Positions 18,156-28,267 of a stretch of 64,000 bases of DNA are shown here, piece after piece. The notes below the pieces were generated by a model. It ran no database searches. It saw nothing but the letters and a program-made list of their open reading frames with translations, and had not been told where the DNA came from. Made by a program: the position numbers and the translations under genes. Source of the DNA: Chthoniobacteraceae bacterium (lineage in GTDB: Bacteria; Verrucomicrobiota; Verrucomicrobiia; Chthoniobacterales; Chthoniobacteraceae); assembly GCA_031409655.1 (NCBI GenBank), contig JANNXQ010000105.1:10387-74386 (forward strand), read 5' to 3'. Within the stretch, counting starts at the first letter, position 1. Every line of letters begins with the position of its first letter.

Positions 18156-19290
18156 ATGCTCCCCCTGCGTCTGAGGATTCGCTTCGTTCCCCTGGCCATC
18201 GTCGCGTGCTACATCCAGTCCGCGTCTTCTGATTTGACTGCACAAGCGCCCGCGCCTGCCGCTCGCTCCTGAACGGACACCACCACGGGCCGCGCGATTC
18301 AGGCGACGTTTGTTTCGAGCGATGGCACGAAGGTCGTCCTGCGCATCGAAGGTCGCGAGTATGCGACACCGCTGAATCGTTTCTCAAAGGCCGATCAAGA
18401 CTGGGTGCGAAATCAGATCTCCCCCGTCCCGTCCGCCCCGGTCGCACCTGCTGCACCAGCAGCCCCCGCCGTTCCTGCTCCATCCGCGCCGGCAGCACCA
18501 CCCGCTGCGGGTGCCATGACGCTCGGAGGACAGCCCGTGGAGTCTGGCGGAAAGGTGGAGTTCACCGCGCCAATCCCGGACGCCGTGCTTAAAAAAGGCC
18601 GCCAAGCTCACGCGCGGGTCGGACTACGACAAGGACGTGGTGCTGAGAGACGCCCTCGTCTCCGTGGCCTTTCCGCCCAAGTTCGATCCCGCAAAGTCCT
18701 GGCCGATCCTCATCGTCAGCGTGACCATCTCCGGGAAGGACAAGGGCAAGGAGCCATCGAGCATCAAGGCGATGAACGGCTTTGTGGATGCCGCCCGCGA
18801 GCAGGGCTGGATCGTCCTGGCCGCCGATTTGCCGGGACAGATCGTGCCCGGCATGTCCGCCAATCGCTGCGCGCTCGCTCACGCCGGGCTCGACGCCCTG
18901 GCGCGCCAGTGGCCGGCGTCTAAAGATTGGCCGATCGCGACCGGTGGATTCTCCGGCGGCGCGAAGTACTCCGGCTGGCTCGGCGGCTGGTTTGCCGCCG
19001 AAGGGCGGAAAGTGCTCGGCATGTTTATGGGCGGCTGCAACGAAGACGCGGCCTCCACGGCTCTGAAGGAATACAAGCCGCCGCGGAAAGAATTCCTCGC
19101 CGCGAAAGTCTTTCTCAGCACCGGCAAAGACGACCGCATCGCCGGGCCTTCCTTCGGCCAGACGGTGCAGGCGTCGCTGAAAAAATCCGGCTTCGATCAA
19201 GTGAAGCTCGAACTCTTCGACGGCCCGCATCAACTCCACCGCGAACACATCGCCCCCGCGCTGCAGTGGTTTGCGGAGAGCGCGAAGTAG
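18156..19290 (+). pseudogene. Disrupted secreted SHD1-domain plus alpha/beta-hydrolase gene
   Basis: Signal peptide, in-frame TGA at 18270-18272 (RS*TD where W is expected), SHD1-like domain, Pro/Ala linker, frameshift at A6 (18591-18596), then a hydrolase with GFSGG, GKDD and GPH. Confidence 0.8.
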
Positions 19291-19308
19291 AGGGCGGCAG
19301 CGCAGCTC

Positions 19309-20715
19309 CTACGCGAAGATCTCCTTCACCACGCGGCCATGCACGTCGGTCAGGCGGAAGTCGCGGCCGGCGTAGCGATAAGTGAGCTTTTCGTGATCGA
19401 GGCCGAGCAGGCCGAGGATCGTGGCGTGCAGGTCGTGGACGTGGACGGGATTTTCCACGGCCTTCGCCCCGTAGTCATCGGTCGCGCCGTAGCTCAGGCC
19501 GCCGCGCACGCCGCCGCCGGCCATCCACATGGTGTAGCCTTTCGCATTGTGATCGCGTCCGTCGGCACGCTTGCCATCGGGGGTGCGTCCGAATTCTCCG
19601 CCCCAGAGCACCAGCGTGTCGTCGAGCAGGCCGCGTTGTTTGAGGTCGGTGAGGAGCGCGCCGATTGGCTGATCGGTCGCGCCGCAATTCTTCGTCAGCG
19701 CGCTCTTCAAGTTCTGATGCTGATCCCAGCCGCCGTGGCAGACCTCGATGTGGCGCACGCCGGCTTCGGCGAGGCGACGGGCCATGAGGCACTGGCGGCC
19801 AAAATTATCCGACTGCCCGCGACCGATGCCGTACATCTCGAGCGTGGCTTTGGATTCCGTGGTGAGGTCCATCACGCGCGGCACTTCGGTCTGCATGCGG
19901 AAGGCGAGTTCGTAGCTCTGGATCACGCCTTCGACTTCGGCGTTGCCGTTGCTCGCGGTGAGGAAGTCGCGATTCATCGCCTGCACCAGATCGAGTTGCT
20001 TGCGCTGTTCGCCGCCCTGCATGTCGGGGTTGCGAATATTCTCGATGCTCGCGGTGCCGCCGCCGTCCTTCTGCGCGCCAAGCCGCGTGCCTTGATAGAT
20101 GGCGGGGAGAAAGGCGCTGCCGTAATTCTGCGCGCCGAACTGAATCGGCGGCGCGATGGTCACGAAGCCGGGCAGGTTTTCATTCTCCGTGCCGAGCCCG
20201 TACAGCGTCCACGCGCCGAGGCTGGGCCGCACGAATTGCGCGCTGCCGGTGTGCAGTTGCACGAAGGCCTGCGGATGATTCGGGATGTCCGTGTTCATCC
20301 CGCGCAGCAGGCACAGGCTGTCGGCGTGCTTGGCGACATTCGGGAAAAGCTCCGAGATCCACAGCCCGCTCTGGCCGTGCTGCGCAAAGGTGAAGGGCGA
20401 GCCTTGGAGTTTCGCGCCGCCGCCCTTCGAGGGGCCGGGCTTGCCGTCGTCTTCAGTGAGCTTCGGCTTGTAGTCGAAGGTGTCCTGATGCGCCGGGCCA
20501 CCTTGCATGCAGAGGAAGATAACGCGTTTCGCCCGCGGCGGGAAATGCGGAGCGCGCGGTGCGAGCGGGCTCTTGCTCTCGGCGGCGGCGAGTTCAGTCG
20601 AGAGGGCCTTGAAAGCGAGCCAGCCGAAGCCGGCGGAAACCGTGCGGAGTAGATCGCGGCGGGTGAGGGCGCTGGCGGTCACGCCGGAGCATTCGTAGGG
20701 AAGGATCGAGTTCAT
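19309..20715 (-). CDS. DUF1501 domain protein (sulfatase-like fold, Tat-like signal)
   Basis: LTRRDLL, AKRVIFLCMQGGP, ARRLAEAGVR, WDQH, GEFGRTP, GRDH. Confidence 0.93.
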   Translation of the reverse strand: MNSILPYECSGVTASALTRRDLLRTVSAGFGWLAFKALSTELAAAESKSPLAPRAPHFPPRAKRVIFLCMQGGPAHQDTFDYKPKLTEDDGKPGPSKGGGAKLQGSPFTFAQHGQSGLWISELFPNVAKHADSLCLLRGMNTDIPNHPQAFVQLHTGSAQFVRPSLGAWTLYGLGTENENLPGFVTIAPPIQFGAQNYGSAFLPAIYQGTRLGAQKDGGGTASIENIRNPDMQGGEQRKQLDLVQAMNRDFLTASNGNAEVEGVIQSYELAFRMQTEVPRVMDLTTESKATLEMYGIGRGQSDNFGRQCLMARRLAEAGVRHIEVCHGGWDQHQNLKSALTKNCGATDQPIGALLTDLKQRGLLDDTLVLWGGEFGRTPDGKRADGRDHNAKGYTMWMAGGGVRGGLSYGATDDYGAKAVENPVHVHDLHATILGLLGLDHEKLTYRYAGRDFRLTDVHGRVVKEIFA

Positions 20716-20743
20716 GGTGATGGCAGATGGCAAATGGCAGAGG

Positions 20744-23452
20744 TCAGCGCAGGTAGCGGAATTCGGCGCAGGCGAAGAAGGCCTGGCAGAAGGTGGCCCA
20801 GGTTTGTTCGTTGGCAGCGGAAGGGTTCGCGGCGCGGATCAAACCTTCGCCGTCGGCGTTCAGGTATTTTTCGGCGCGGGTGCGCTCGGCGGCGGTGGCC
20901 GGGCGGCCAAGGGCAAGCAGGTGGGCGTAGTCGATGCGCTTGGCCTCGGCGATCGGCGCGGTGAGCACGCGCTTCGCCATCGCGGTGGCCTGGGTGCGGA
21001 CGAAGGAATTGTTCATCAGGTAGAGTGCTTGCGATGGGACGTTCGTCACGTCGCGTTCGGCGACGACGAGGCTGGGCTCGGCGAAGTCGAAGATATCCAG
21101 GACTTCGGGCACGAAGTCGCGAATGACGGGCAGATAAACGCTGCGCTTGGTGGTCTCGTAGTTGGTGAAGGACTCGGGACGGATGCCGCGACCGATGTAG
21201 CCGTCGCCGATCGCCGCGACCGCCGAAGCCTTCGCGGGCACGAGATCGAGATTGCCGCTCACGGCGAGGATCGAGTCGCGAATGGCCTCCGCGTCGAGCC
21301 TTCGCGGAGCGGCGCGCCAGAGCAGGCGATTGTCGGGATCGGTCTCCATCGCCGTGCGATCCACAGCGCTGCTGAGCTGGTAGGTGCGGCTGAGGACGAG
21401 CGAGCGGACGAGCTTCTTCACGCTCCAGTCTTCGCGCATGAATTGCAGCGCGAGCGCGTCGAGCAATTCGGGATGGCTCGGCTTCTCGCCCGTTGCGCCG
21501 AAATTATCCGGCGTCCGCACGAGGCCGTCGCCGAAGAGTTGCATCCAGAGGCGATTTACGGCGACGCGCGCGGTCAGCGGATTCGAGGGCGACGTGAGCC
21601 ACTGCGCGAGTTCGAGCCGTCCGCTGGCGTTGGCGGGAATGCCTGGGGCCGCACCGTGAACCATCACTTGCACAAAGCCGCGCGCCACCGTCTCCGCGGG
21701 CTGCTCGAGCTCGCCGCGCACCAGCACGCGGGCATCGCTGGGCTGGCCGTCGCGCACGCCCATGGCCTGCGGGACGCCCGGTGCAGGCGCTTCGGTTTTC
21801 GCCTGCTCACCGCGCTTCTTTCCCTTCTTATCCGGCGCGCCGCCGGTGCCGAAACGCTCGGCGAGCTTCGCATAAGCCTCCGCCCTTTTACCCTCGGGAA
21901 GATTCTTGAGTTGCGCCGCTTTCTTCGGATCGCGCTCGGCGAGTCGCTTGAGCAATTGCTCGTAGTCTGGACGCGCGGCAGGCGCAGCCGGAGAGGCCAC
22001 GGGCTCCTGACCTTTCCCGGCATACCGCGCGGCAAGGGCCTGCTTTTGCGAGTCCGACAAGTTCTTGAGCCGCTCGGCCACCTTCGGATCGCGGGCGGCC
22101 ATGCGCTTCAGCATGTCGTTCGCATTCGCGGACTGCTCCGCCGCCGCGGGAGGCTGCGGGGTGGCCGCTGCCGGCTGATCCTTCGTCACGAGTGGGAGCA
22201 GCGACGTGCCATTCTTGTTCTTGTTCGCGGCCTTGCCGAAAGTCGTGCCACCCGTGCCGAAGAGCGTGTCGGTGCTGCGGAAGATGCCGGCGACGGCGTA
22301 GTAATCCTTCTGCGGGATGGGATCGAACTTGTGATCGTGGCAACGCGCACACGCCACCGTGACGCCGAGCACCGCGCGGGTCGTGGTGTCGATCTGCTCG
22401 TCGATCACATCCATGCGGAATTGCTCGCGATTCTTTTCATTGAGCCCCTTCGGCCCGACCGCGAGGAAACCGGTGGCGACGATGTGCTCGTTGCGTTCCG
22501 TGTCGTCCTTGTGCGGCAGAAGATCGCCCGCCACCTGCTCGCGGATGAATTGGTCGTAAGGCTTGTCCGCATTCACCGCCGCGATCACGTAATCGCGATA
22601 CCGCCACGCTTCCGGCATGGTGAAGTTCCGCTCCCGCCCGGTGCTCTCCGCGTAGCGCGCGACATCCAGCCAGTGCCGGCCCCAACGCTCGCCGAATTGC
22701 GGCGAGGCGAGCAGCCGATCCACGACTTTCGCCAGCGCGCCGGGCGAGCGATCCGCGAGGAAACTCTCGATCTGCTCCGGCGTCGGCGGCAGCCCAATGA
22801 GATCGAAATACACGCGCCGAATGAGCGCCCGCGGATCGGCATCGGCCACTGGCTTGAGTCCCTTCGCCTCCTGCGCCGCGCGGATGTGCTTATCCACCTC
22901 GGTGCGCGGCCACGCGGTGTCTTTCACCTTCGGAGTCGGCGCAGCTTTCGGTGCCTGGAAGGCCCAAAATTCCTTCCCCTTCTCAATGTCCCATTCCTTC
23001 TTCGTCACCTTCGCCGCCTTGCCGTCGCGCGGATCGGGCGCGCCCATCTGCACCCACTTTTCAAAGTTCGCGATGACTTCGTCCGAGAGCTTCCCGCCAT
23101 CCTTCTCTGGCGGCATCCGCAAGTCCTTGTCCTCCCACTTCAGCGCCGCGATGAGCAGGCTCTCCTTGAGATCGCCCGGCACCACCGCGTGCCCCGATTC
23201 GCCGCCCTCGCGGATGCCCTCGCGCGTGTCGAGCAACAGCCCGCCCTTCACCTTCTCCGAATCCGCCGAGTGACACTTGTAGCACTTCTCCGCGAGCACC
23301 GGCCTGATGTGCTTTTCGAAAAATTCCGCCTGTGCGGCAGTCAGCGCCGTCGCGGGTTTCACGGAGGTGTCCGCGCTGATCGCCGCCAAGGCGAGCGGCA
23401 CTCCTGGCAGGGCGAGGGCCAATCCGAAACTGAGAGCAAGAGAGGGGCGCAT
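20744..23452 (-). CDS. Planctomycete cytochrome c / DUF1549 / DUF1553 (PSD1) protein
   Basis: CYKCH, WLDVARYAES, CARCHDHKFD, ARVAVNRLW, HPELLD. Confidence 0.94.
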   Translation of the reverse strand: MRPSLALSFGLALALPGVPLALAAISADTSVKPATALTAAQAEFFEKHIRPVLAEKCYKCHSADSEKVKGGLLLDTREGIREGGESGHAVVPGDLKESLLIAALKWEDKDLRMPPEKDGGKLSDEVIANFEKWVQMGAPDPRDGKAAKVTKKEWDIEKGKEFWAFQAPKAAPTPKVKDTAWPRTEVDKHIRAAQEAKGLKPVADADPRALIRRVYFDLIGLPPTPEQIESFLADRSPGALAKVVDRLLASPQFGERWGRHWLDVARYAESTGRERNFTMPEAWRYRDYVIAAVNADKPYDQFIREQVAGDLLPHKDDTERNEHIVATGFLAVGPKGLNEKNREQFRMDVIDEQIDTTTRAVLGVTVACARCHDHKFDPIPQKDYYAVAGIFRSTDTLFGTGGTTFGKAANKNKNGTSLLPLVTKDQPAAATPQPPAAAEQSANANDMLKRMAARDPKVAERLKNLSDSQKQALAARYAGKGQEPVASPAAPAARPDYEQLLKRLAERDPKKAAQLKNLPEGKRAEAYAKLAERFGTGGAPDKKGKKRGEQAKTEAPAPGVPQAMGVRDGQPSDARVLVRGELEQPAETVARGFVQVMVHGAAPGIPANASGRLELAQWLTSPSNPLTARVAVNRLWMQLFGDGLVRTPDNFGATGEKPSHPELLDALALQFMREDWSVKKLVRSLVLSRTYQLSSAVDRTAMETDPDNRLLWRAAPRRLDAEAIRDSILAVSGNLDLVPAKASAVAAIGDGYIGRGIRPESFTNYETTKRSVYLPVIRDFVPEVLDIFDFAEPSLVVAERDVTNVPSQALYLMNNSFVRTQATAMAKRVLTAPIAEAKRIDYAHLLALGRPATAAERTRAEKYLNADGEGLIRAANPSAANEQTWATFCQAFFACAEFRYLR

Positions 23453-23656
23453 GGGGTGAAATAGAATTAGTTGTTAAACAGCGGGGGCGGCGGCGATTGG
23501 GACAACCCGCTTCGCGCGGAATAGTTTCGGTGGACTTGTCCTAAATCCGCGGGGCGTCGCTATAAGAATAATGAAGAAATTCCCGGCCGCTGCGCGGATG
23601 ATTGCCTGTGCAAAGCTGGATCCCAAACCACCGCAATCGACAACAAAACCCAAGCA

Positions 23657-23959
23657 ATGATCCGTAAATCCACCCTCCTCCTCACGCTCGCAGCCTGCGC
23701 GCTCGCGCTTCCCACCGTTTCCTTTGCCGCCAAGGGCGATAAGAAAAAGGGCGACAAGGGCGCCATGATGGCCGCCAAGGGCTATGACGCGAACGCCAAT
23801 GGCAAAATCGACGGCGACGAACGCGCTGCGGTGCAAAAGGCCTTTGATGCCGACAAAGGCGGTGCCCTGAAGGCCTTTGACACCAATACCGACGGCAAGC
23901 TCGACGATGCCGAACTCGACGCCATCAAGGCCGGCGGCAAGAAGAAGAAAAATAAGTAA
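23657..23959 (+). CDS. Small secreted EF-hand protein
   Basis: Signal peptide; DANANGKIDGDE and DTNTDGKLDDAE loops. Confidence 0.85.
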   Translation: MIRKSTLLLTLAACALALPTVSFAAKGDKKKGDKGAMMAAKGYDANANGKIDGDERAAVQKAFDADKGGALKAFDTNTDGKLDDAELDAIKAGGKKKKNK

Positions 23960-24057
23960 CCAGACGGTGCTGCTGGGTACTGGCCGGGCCGAAAGTGCGA
24001 GCCGCCAGTATCCAGCATCGCGTTGGTTGGAAAGGAGCGTATCCTTTCACCCGTCCC

Positions 24058-24609
24058 ATGAGTCCCGAGCCAGATCCCGCACTCGACCGCCAGAAACAAC
24101 TGATGCTGCTCATGACGCAGCATCAGCGGCGCGTCTTCTCGTATATCTACACGCTCGTGCCGGATCGGCATGATGCGGAAGATATCCTCCAGGAGACGTG
24201 CCTCGTCGTCTGCGAAAAGTTCGACAGCTTTCGGCTCGGGACGGACTTTGCGGCGTGGGCTTGCCAGATCGCTTACTGGCAGGTGCGCGCAGCGCGAACG
24301 AAGTATGCGCGCTCGAAGGTGATCTTTAATCAAGAGGTGCTCGATGCGGTAGCGCATACCGCGGCGTCGCTGGGGAATGAAGTGAGCGCGCGCCACGAAG
24401 CCCTGGCGCGCTGTCTGCAAAAGCTGGCGCCCCGAGATCGGGAGTTGGTGCTCACGCGCTACGAACAGGGGCGTGGGGTCGAGGAGGCGGCGCGTTGCTC
24501 GGGAAGGTCGCTGGAGGCGGCTTACAAGGCGCTCTCGCGGATTCGCAAGCTGCTCTTTGATTGCGTAACGCATCAGCTTGAACCAGATGCCGCTGCCGGA
24601 CGGAACTGA
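24058..24609 (+). CDS. ECF sigma-70 factor (Rhodopirellula/Verrucomicrobium type)
   Basis: DAEDILQE, FAAWACQIA, CLQKL, LSRIRKLLFDC. Confidence 0.92.
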   Translation: MSPEPDPALDRQKQLMLLMTQHQRRVFSYIYTLVPDRHDAEDILQETCLVVCEKFDSFRLGTDFAAWACQIAYWQVRAARTKYARSKVIFNQEVLDAVAHTAASLGNEVSARHEALARCLQKLAPRDRELVLTRYEQGRGVEEAARCSGRSLEAAYKALSRIRKLLFDCVTHQLEPDAAAGRN

Positions 24610-24628
24610 GCGGGCAAACTGTAAGATA

Positions 24629-26245
24629 ATGATGAATCTGACGGATAACGAAGTGCTGGAACTCAGTGCGCTCTGTCACGCGCTGGTGGATGGAAACATC
24701 AATGACCCAGATCGCGTGCGGCTCGAAAGATGGCTGGCAGAATCCGAGGAGGCGCGAGCTTACTACGTGCGCATGATGGGCCTCTCGGCCAGCCTGTGCA
24801 GCTACGCCAGCGAGGTGCAGTCCGAGGCCCCGGCGCCGGTCTTGAAGAGTAAGATCGTGCGTCCGGCGGCGTGGCGCTGGGCCATCGGCACGCTCGCTGC
24901 GGCGGCCGCCGTGGTGCTTGCCTTCCGCCTGGGAGGGGTGAGTGAGCGGCTCTTCTCGCCGCCCGTGGTCCTCGCGGAAGGGGAGAGTGAAGACACCGTG
25001 GCGCGACTTTCCGGGGCCAAGGATTGTGAGTGGATCGGCGAGGCGCCGAAGATGGGCGATGAACTGCGGCGCGCGCAGCGGGTGCAACTCGCCGCGGGTT
25101 TGGCCGAGATTACTTTTGATAGCGGAGCGCGGATCACGGTTGAGGGGCCGGCCTCGCTCGATCTGACTTCGGCATGGGAGGCCGCGCTCCATCACGGCTC
25201 GCTGCGGGCGAGTGTGCCCGCGGAGGCGATCGGCTTCCGCATCTCGAATCCCGAAGTCGATGTGGTCGATCTTGGGACGGAATTTACCATGGTGGCCGAT
25301 GCCGCCGGCGGCACAGAGGTCTATGTGGTGGAAGGGGCCGTGGAAGTCGCGGCGCGGACGGGCGGCGAGCAGGCGCGGGATCCGGTGGTGCTGCGGGAAA
25401 AGCAGGCGCGGCGCTTTGCCAAGCACGGCGGTTCCGAGGCCAGTGATCGTCCGCAGAAGATCGATGGGCGGGTGCGGAAAGTGGCGCTCGACCGACTCAC
25501 GCGTCCGGCCACCTATCTGCACTGGAGCTTCGATGAAACGAGCGGTGCGGTCGCCCAGGGGCGCTCCGCCAGCGCAGGCCTGGAGACATTTGATGCCCAT
25601 CTCGTCGGTGGCGAAGGTGGTTCGCTCGACGCAGTGTGGACGGACGGGCGGTGGCAGGGAGCGCTGTCCTTCGATGGGAAGGTGCAGGCCAGGGCGGTGC
25701 TGCCGATCGGGAGTCCAAAGGGTGGACGGACGATCGCCTTTTGGGTGCGCACTTCGGAGGAGGGGAAATTTCCCGAAGTCGGCTCGCTGCTCTCATGGCC
25801 GCTCGGGGGCAAGGAACCCCGCGTCGCGGAACTCGCGTGGAATCGGAATCCGAATCACGGCCCACTCGGGGCGTTGCGGACGCGGGTCGGACGCGGGAAC
25901 TTCGTCGGTTCGACACCGGTGCGCGACGGGCGCTGGCATCACGTTGCCGTCGTCTTTGTGCCGAAGGCGAAGCCCGACGGGACGCAACAGATCAAGCACT
26001 ACATCGACGGTCGGCTCGACGTCCTCGCTTCGAAGCACCATGGCAAGCGCCATAGTGTGGAGGATGACGCCGCCATCGCCGCCCCCGGCGATGCGCTCTG
26101 GATTGGTGCCGGTGCGCCCGCGGATCGCTTCCGTGGCCAGTTCGATGAGCTTTTCATCGCCGACCGCCCACTCACGCCCTATGAGATCCGCCACCTGATC
26201 GCCCACAATACGCCGGCGATGACGGAGATGCTCGCGGCCGAATAG
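24629..26245 (+). CDS. Anti-sigma factor with FecR and LamG-like domains
   Basis: N-terminal anti-sigma helix, TM segment, VVDLGTEF (FecR), WSFDE, DGRWHHVAV, FRGQFDE. Confidence 0.88.
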   Translation: MMNLTDNEVLELSALCHALVDGNINDPDRVRLERWLAESEEARAYYVRMMGLSASLCSYASEVQSEAPAPVLKSKIVRPAAWRWAIGTLAAAAAVVLAFRLGGVSERLFSPPVVLAEGESEDTVARLSGAKDCEWIGEAPKMGDELRRAQRVQLAAGLAEITFDSGARITVEGPASLDLTSAWEAALHHGSLRASVPAEAIGFRISNPEVDVVDLGTEFTMVADAAGGTEVYVVEGAVEVAARTGGEQARDPVVLREKQARRFAKHGGSEASDRPQKIDGRVRKVALDRLTRPATYLHWSFDETSGAVAQGRSASAGLETFDAHLVGGEGGSLDAVWTDGRWQGALSFDGKVQARAVLPIGSPKGGRTIAFWVRTSEEGKFPEVGSLLSWPLGGKEPRVAELAWNRNPNHGPLGALRTRVGRGNFVGSTPVRDGRWHHVAVVFVPKAKPDGTQQIKHYIDGRLDVLASKHHGKRHSVEDDAAIAAPGDALWIGAGAPADRFRGQFDELFIADRPLTPYEIRHLIAHNTPAMTEMLAAE

Positions 26246-26270
26246 CGGCCGGTCTGCGGCGTGGGGAAAA

Positions 26271-26346
26271 TGGGGTGACCGACGGGACTCGAACCCGCAA
26301 CAGCCAGGACCACAACCTGGAGCTCTACCATTGAGCTACGGCCACC
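26271..26346 (-). tRNA. tRNA-His (GTG)
   Basis: Reverse complement GGTGGCCGTAGCTCAATGGTAGAGCTCCAGGTTGTGGTCCTGGCTGTTGCGGGTTCGAGTCCCGTCGGTCACCCCA; anticodon arm CCAGG-TTGTGGT-CCTGG, G-1 and encoded CCA. Confidence 0.97.
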
Positions 26347-26481
26347 ATTTTCGATGGGCGAAGATAACAAATTGCCCCGAGGTGCCAACGGATATTTTTG
26401 CCCCGCGCGGTGCCGCTGCGAAAACGTGAGCGGCGCGACCTTGACCATGCCGCACGGACAGGCATCTAATGTCCGCTACGG

Positions 26482-26766
26482 ATGAGCACCAAAAAACTCC
26501 CCTCGAAAGAAGATAAATCCGGCGGCTGCTGCGATTGGAAAACGCGCGTCGATGAACTGAAGACGCGCGCCACCAAGATGACCCGCGAAGAGCCCGCCAA
26601 AGCGATCGGCGTGGCCTTCGCGGCAGGACTGCTTTTCACCATCCTGCCCGTCGGGCGCGTGATTAGCGTCCTCGTGCGGTTGGCCCTGGCCCTCATCCCG
26701 CCGGGACTGTTCGTGCTCGGCGGAATCAAGCTTTGGGAAGAGTTCGAAAAACGGGCTGACAAGTAG
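26482..26766 (+). CDS. Small membrane protein (ElaB/DUF883-like)
   Basis: REEPAKAIGVAFAAGLL motif plus a second hydrophobic segment. Confidence 0.65.
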   Translation: MSTKKLPSKEDKSGGCCDWKTRVDELKTRATKMTREEPAKAIGVAFAAGLLFTILPVGRVISVLVRLALALIPPGLFVLGGIKLWEEFEKRADK

Positions 26767-26789
26767 GCCATCCGAGGTCTCATTCCTTC

Positions 26790-27128
26790 ATGGACACAAA
26801 ACCGGCCACTGAACGTGCGGAGGAATATCTCCGCGAAACTGGGAACTACGTGCGGGAAAACCCCGTCCCGCTTTTGCTCGGGGCCATCGCCGTCGGCTTT
26901 TTCCTCGGCCTCGCCGCGCGCCACCTCGAGCGCGAGCGCAAACATGAACCCCTCCACGACGCGCTGGATGAGATCCGCGGCTTCCTCAAGCCCCTCGCCA
27001 AGAAAGCCCGCCTCGCCGCGGAGCATTCCGCCGAGATCGTCCGCGATGCAACCGGTCGGGTGCGCGGTCTGGATGTGGAAGATTACGCGGCACCGGTCAG
27101 TGGCTGGTGGCGGAAGCTCTGGGGTTAG
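26790..27128 (+). CDS. Small membrane protein (ElaB/DUF883-like)
   Basis: YVRENPVPLLLGAIAVGFFLG; C-terminal GWWRKLWG. Confidence 0.7.
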   Translation: MDTKPATERAEEYLRETGNYVRENPVPLLLGAIAVGFFLGLAARHLERERKHEPLHDALDEIRGFLKPLAKKARLAAEHSAEIVRDATGRVRGLDVEDYAAPVSGWWRKLWG

Positions 27129-27142
27129 TCAGTGCCGCCGAG

Positions 27143-27625
27143 TTAGGCGTCCTTGCGCTGGAAGAGGGCCTGCACGTCGGTGGCGTCCATGTCGCTGAGG
27201 TCGAGGCCAAGGGCGCCAGTGCGCGCGGCGGCGATTTGGATGCGGTCGTGCAAGGTCCGGGCGGCGGGGGTGGCGAAGTATTTCAGCGAGCCCACCGTGA
27301 CGTGCGTGGGGAAGACGAGGACGAGGAGCGAGTTCTCATCCACGTTGATCATCAGCGTGGAGAAGTTTTCTCCCTGTTGATACATGCTGGTGAAGTTCGA
27401 TTCGTTGACCAGGGAGGCCATAAACTGCACGGCGTTGTAAGCGTTTGAGCCGAGGGTGGCGAAGGTGGTGGTATCGACCTGCGACGTGTCGCCGGCCTGC
27501 TGGATCAGATAGCCGGCCTTCTCCACGAGGAGCGCGAGGCTGGCTTCGCTGCGCTCGAGGAGTTCCCGGAGCACGGTATCGACGTGATCCACGTCTTCCT
27601 GAGTAAGTTGAGGAAACTGGCCCAT
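27143..27625 (-). CDS. mglB: MglB-like roadblock/LC7 protein (putative GAP)
   Basis: ALLVEKAGYLI, FTSMYQQGE, LVLVF...GSLK; adjacent to mglA. Confidence 0.88.
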   Translation of the reverse strand: MGQFPQLTQEDVDHVDTVLRELLERSEASLALLVEKAGYLIQQAGDTSQVDTTTFATLGSNAYNAVQFMASLVNESNFTSMYQQGENFSTLMINVDENSLLVLVFPTHVTVGSLKYFATPAARTLHDRIQIAAARTGALGLDLSDMDATDVQALFQRKDA

Positions 27626-27637
27626 GGAGGGTCTGGG

Positions 27638-28249
27638 TTACTTCCGAACGCCGTCGTTGAGAAATTTGTTGAGCAGCATGCGGGTGATCATATTGAGCGA
27701 CTCAAAGACCCCCTCCGTTTTACTGGCGGATGCCTCGAAGGAGGGCATCTGCACTTCCCGGTTATTGAGGACGAAGTCAAGATACTCGACGGGTGCTGCA
27801 TCCGGCAGATCCCGTTTGTTATACTGCATGACGCACGGGATGTCTTCGATACTGAGGTTCAGCGTCTTGAGGTTATCCTCGAGATGCTTAAAGGTCTCGA
27901 TGTTCTCTTCCATCTTGTCGTATTGGCTGTCCGCCACGAAGACGATGCCATCGACGCCGCGAAGCACGATCTGGCGGGTGGCATTGTAGATGACCTGCCC
28001 GGGCACGGTGAAGAGCGCGAACTTGGTCTTAAAGCCTTTGATGGCGACGGCCTCGAGCGGGAAGAAGTCGAAGAAAAGAGTGCGGTCGCTCGAGGTGGCG
28101 AGGGACGTGAGCTTCCCTTTGGCATCCTGGTTGGGCACTTGCACATTGGCATGGATTTGCTCCAGGTTGGTGGTCTTGCCACTCTTCGCGGGACCGTAAT
28201 AGACGATCTTAACCTGAAGTTCCTTCGTTGCTTGGTTGATAATTGCCAT
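27638..28249 (-). CDS. mglA: MglA small Ras-like GTPase
   Basis: KIVYYGPAKSGKTTNL, DRTLFFDF, TVPGQV.Y, LRGVDGIVFVADSQ, QYNKRDL. Confidence 0.96.
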   Translation of the reverse strand: MAIINQATKELQVKIVYYGPAKSGKTTNLEQIHANVQVPNQDAKGKLTSLATSSDRTLFFDFFPLEAVAIKGFKTKFALFTVPGQVIYNATRQIVLRGVDGIVFVADSQYDKMEENIETFKHLEDNLKTLNLSIEDIPCVMQYNKRDLPDAAPVEYLDFVLNNREVQMPSFEASASKTEGVFESLNMITRMLLNKFLNDGVRK

Positions 28250-28267
28250 GGGCGTGGGCGGGTTCGG

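Noticed and set aside
18270..18272. TGA as recoded Trp/Sec or an alternative genetic code
   Set aside because: TGA is an ordinary stop in many genes here, Trp is TGG elsewhere, and the same gene has a second lesion.
18588..18600. Programmed -1 frameshift at AAAAAAG
   Set aside because: Restoring the frame needs +1, not -1, and an upstream nonsense codon already interrupts the ORF.
20714..23464. 916-aa plus-strand ORF
   Set aside because: Antisense shadow of the DUF1549/DUF1553 gene.
26271..26346. tRNA-His as a genomic-island attachment site
   Set aside because: No integrase, and no duplicate of the tRNA 3' end was noticed in the window.
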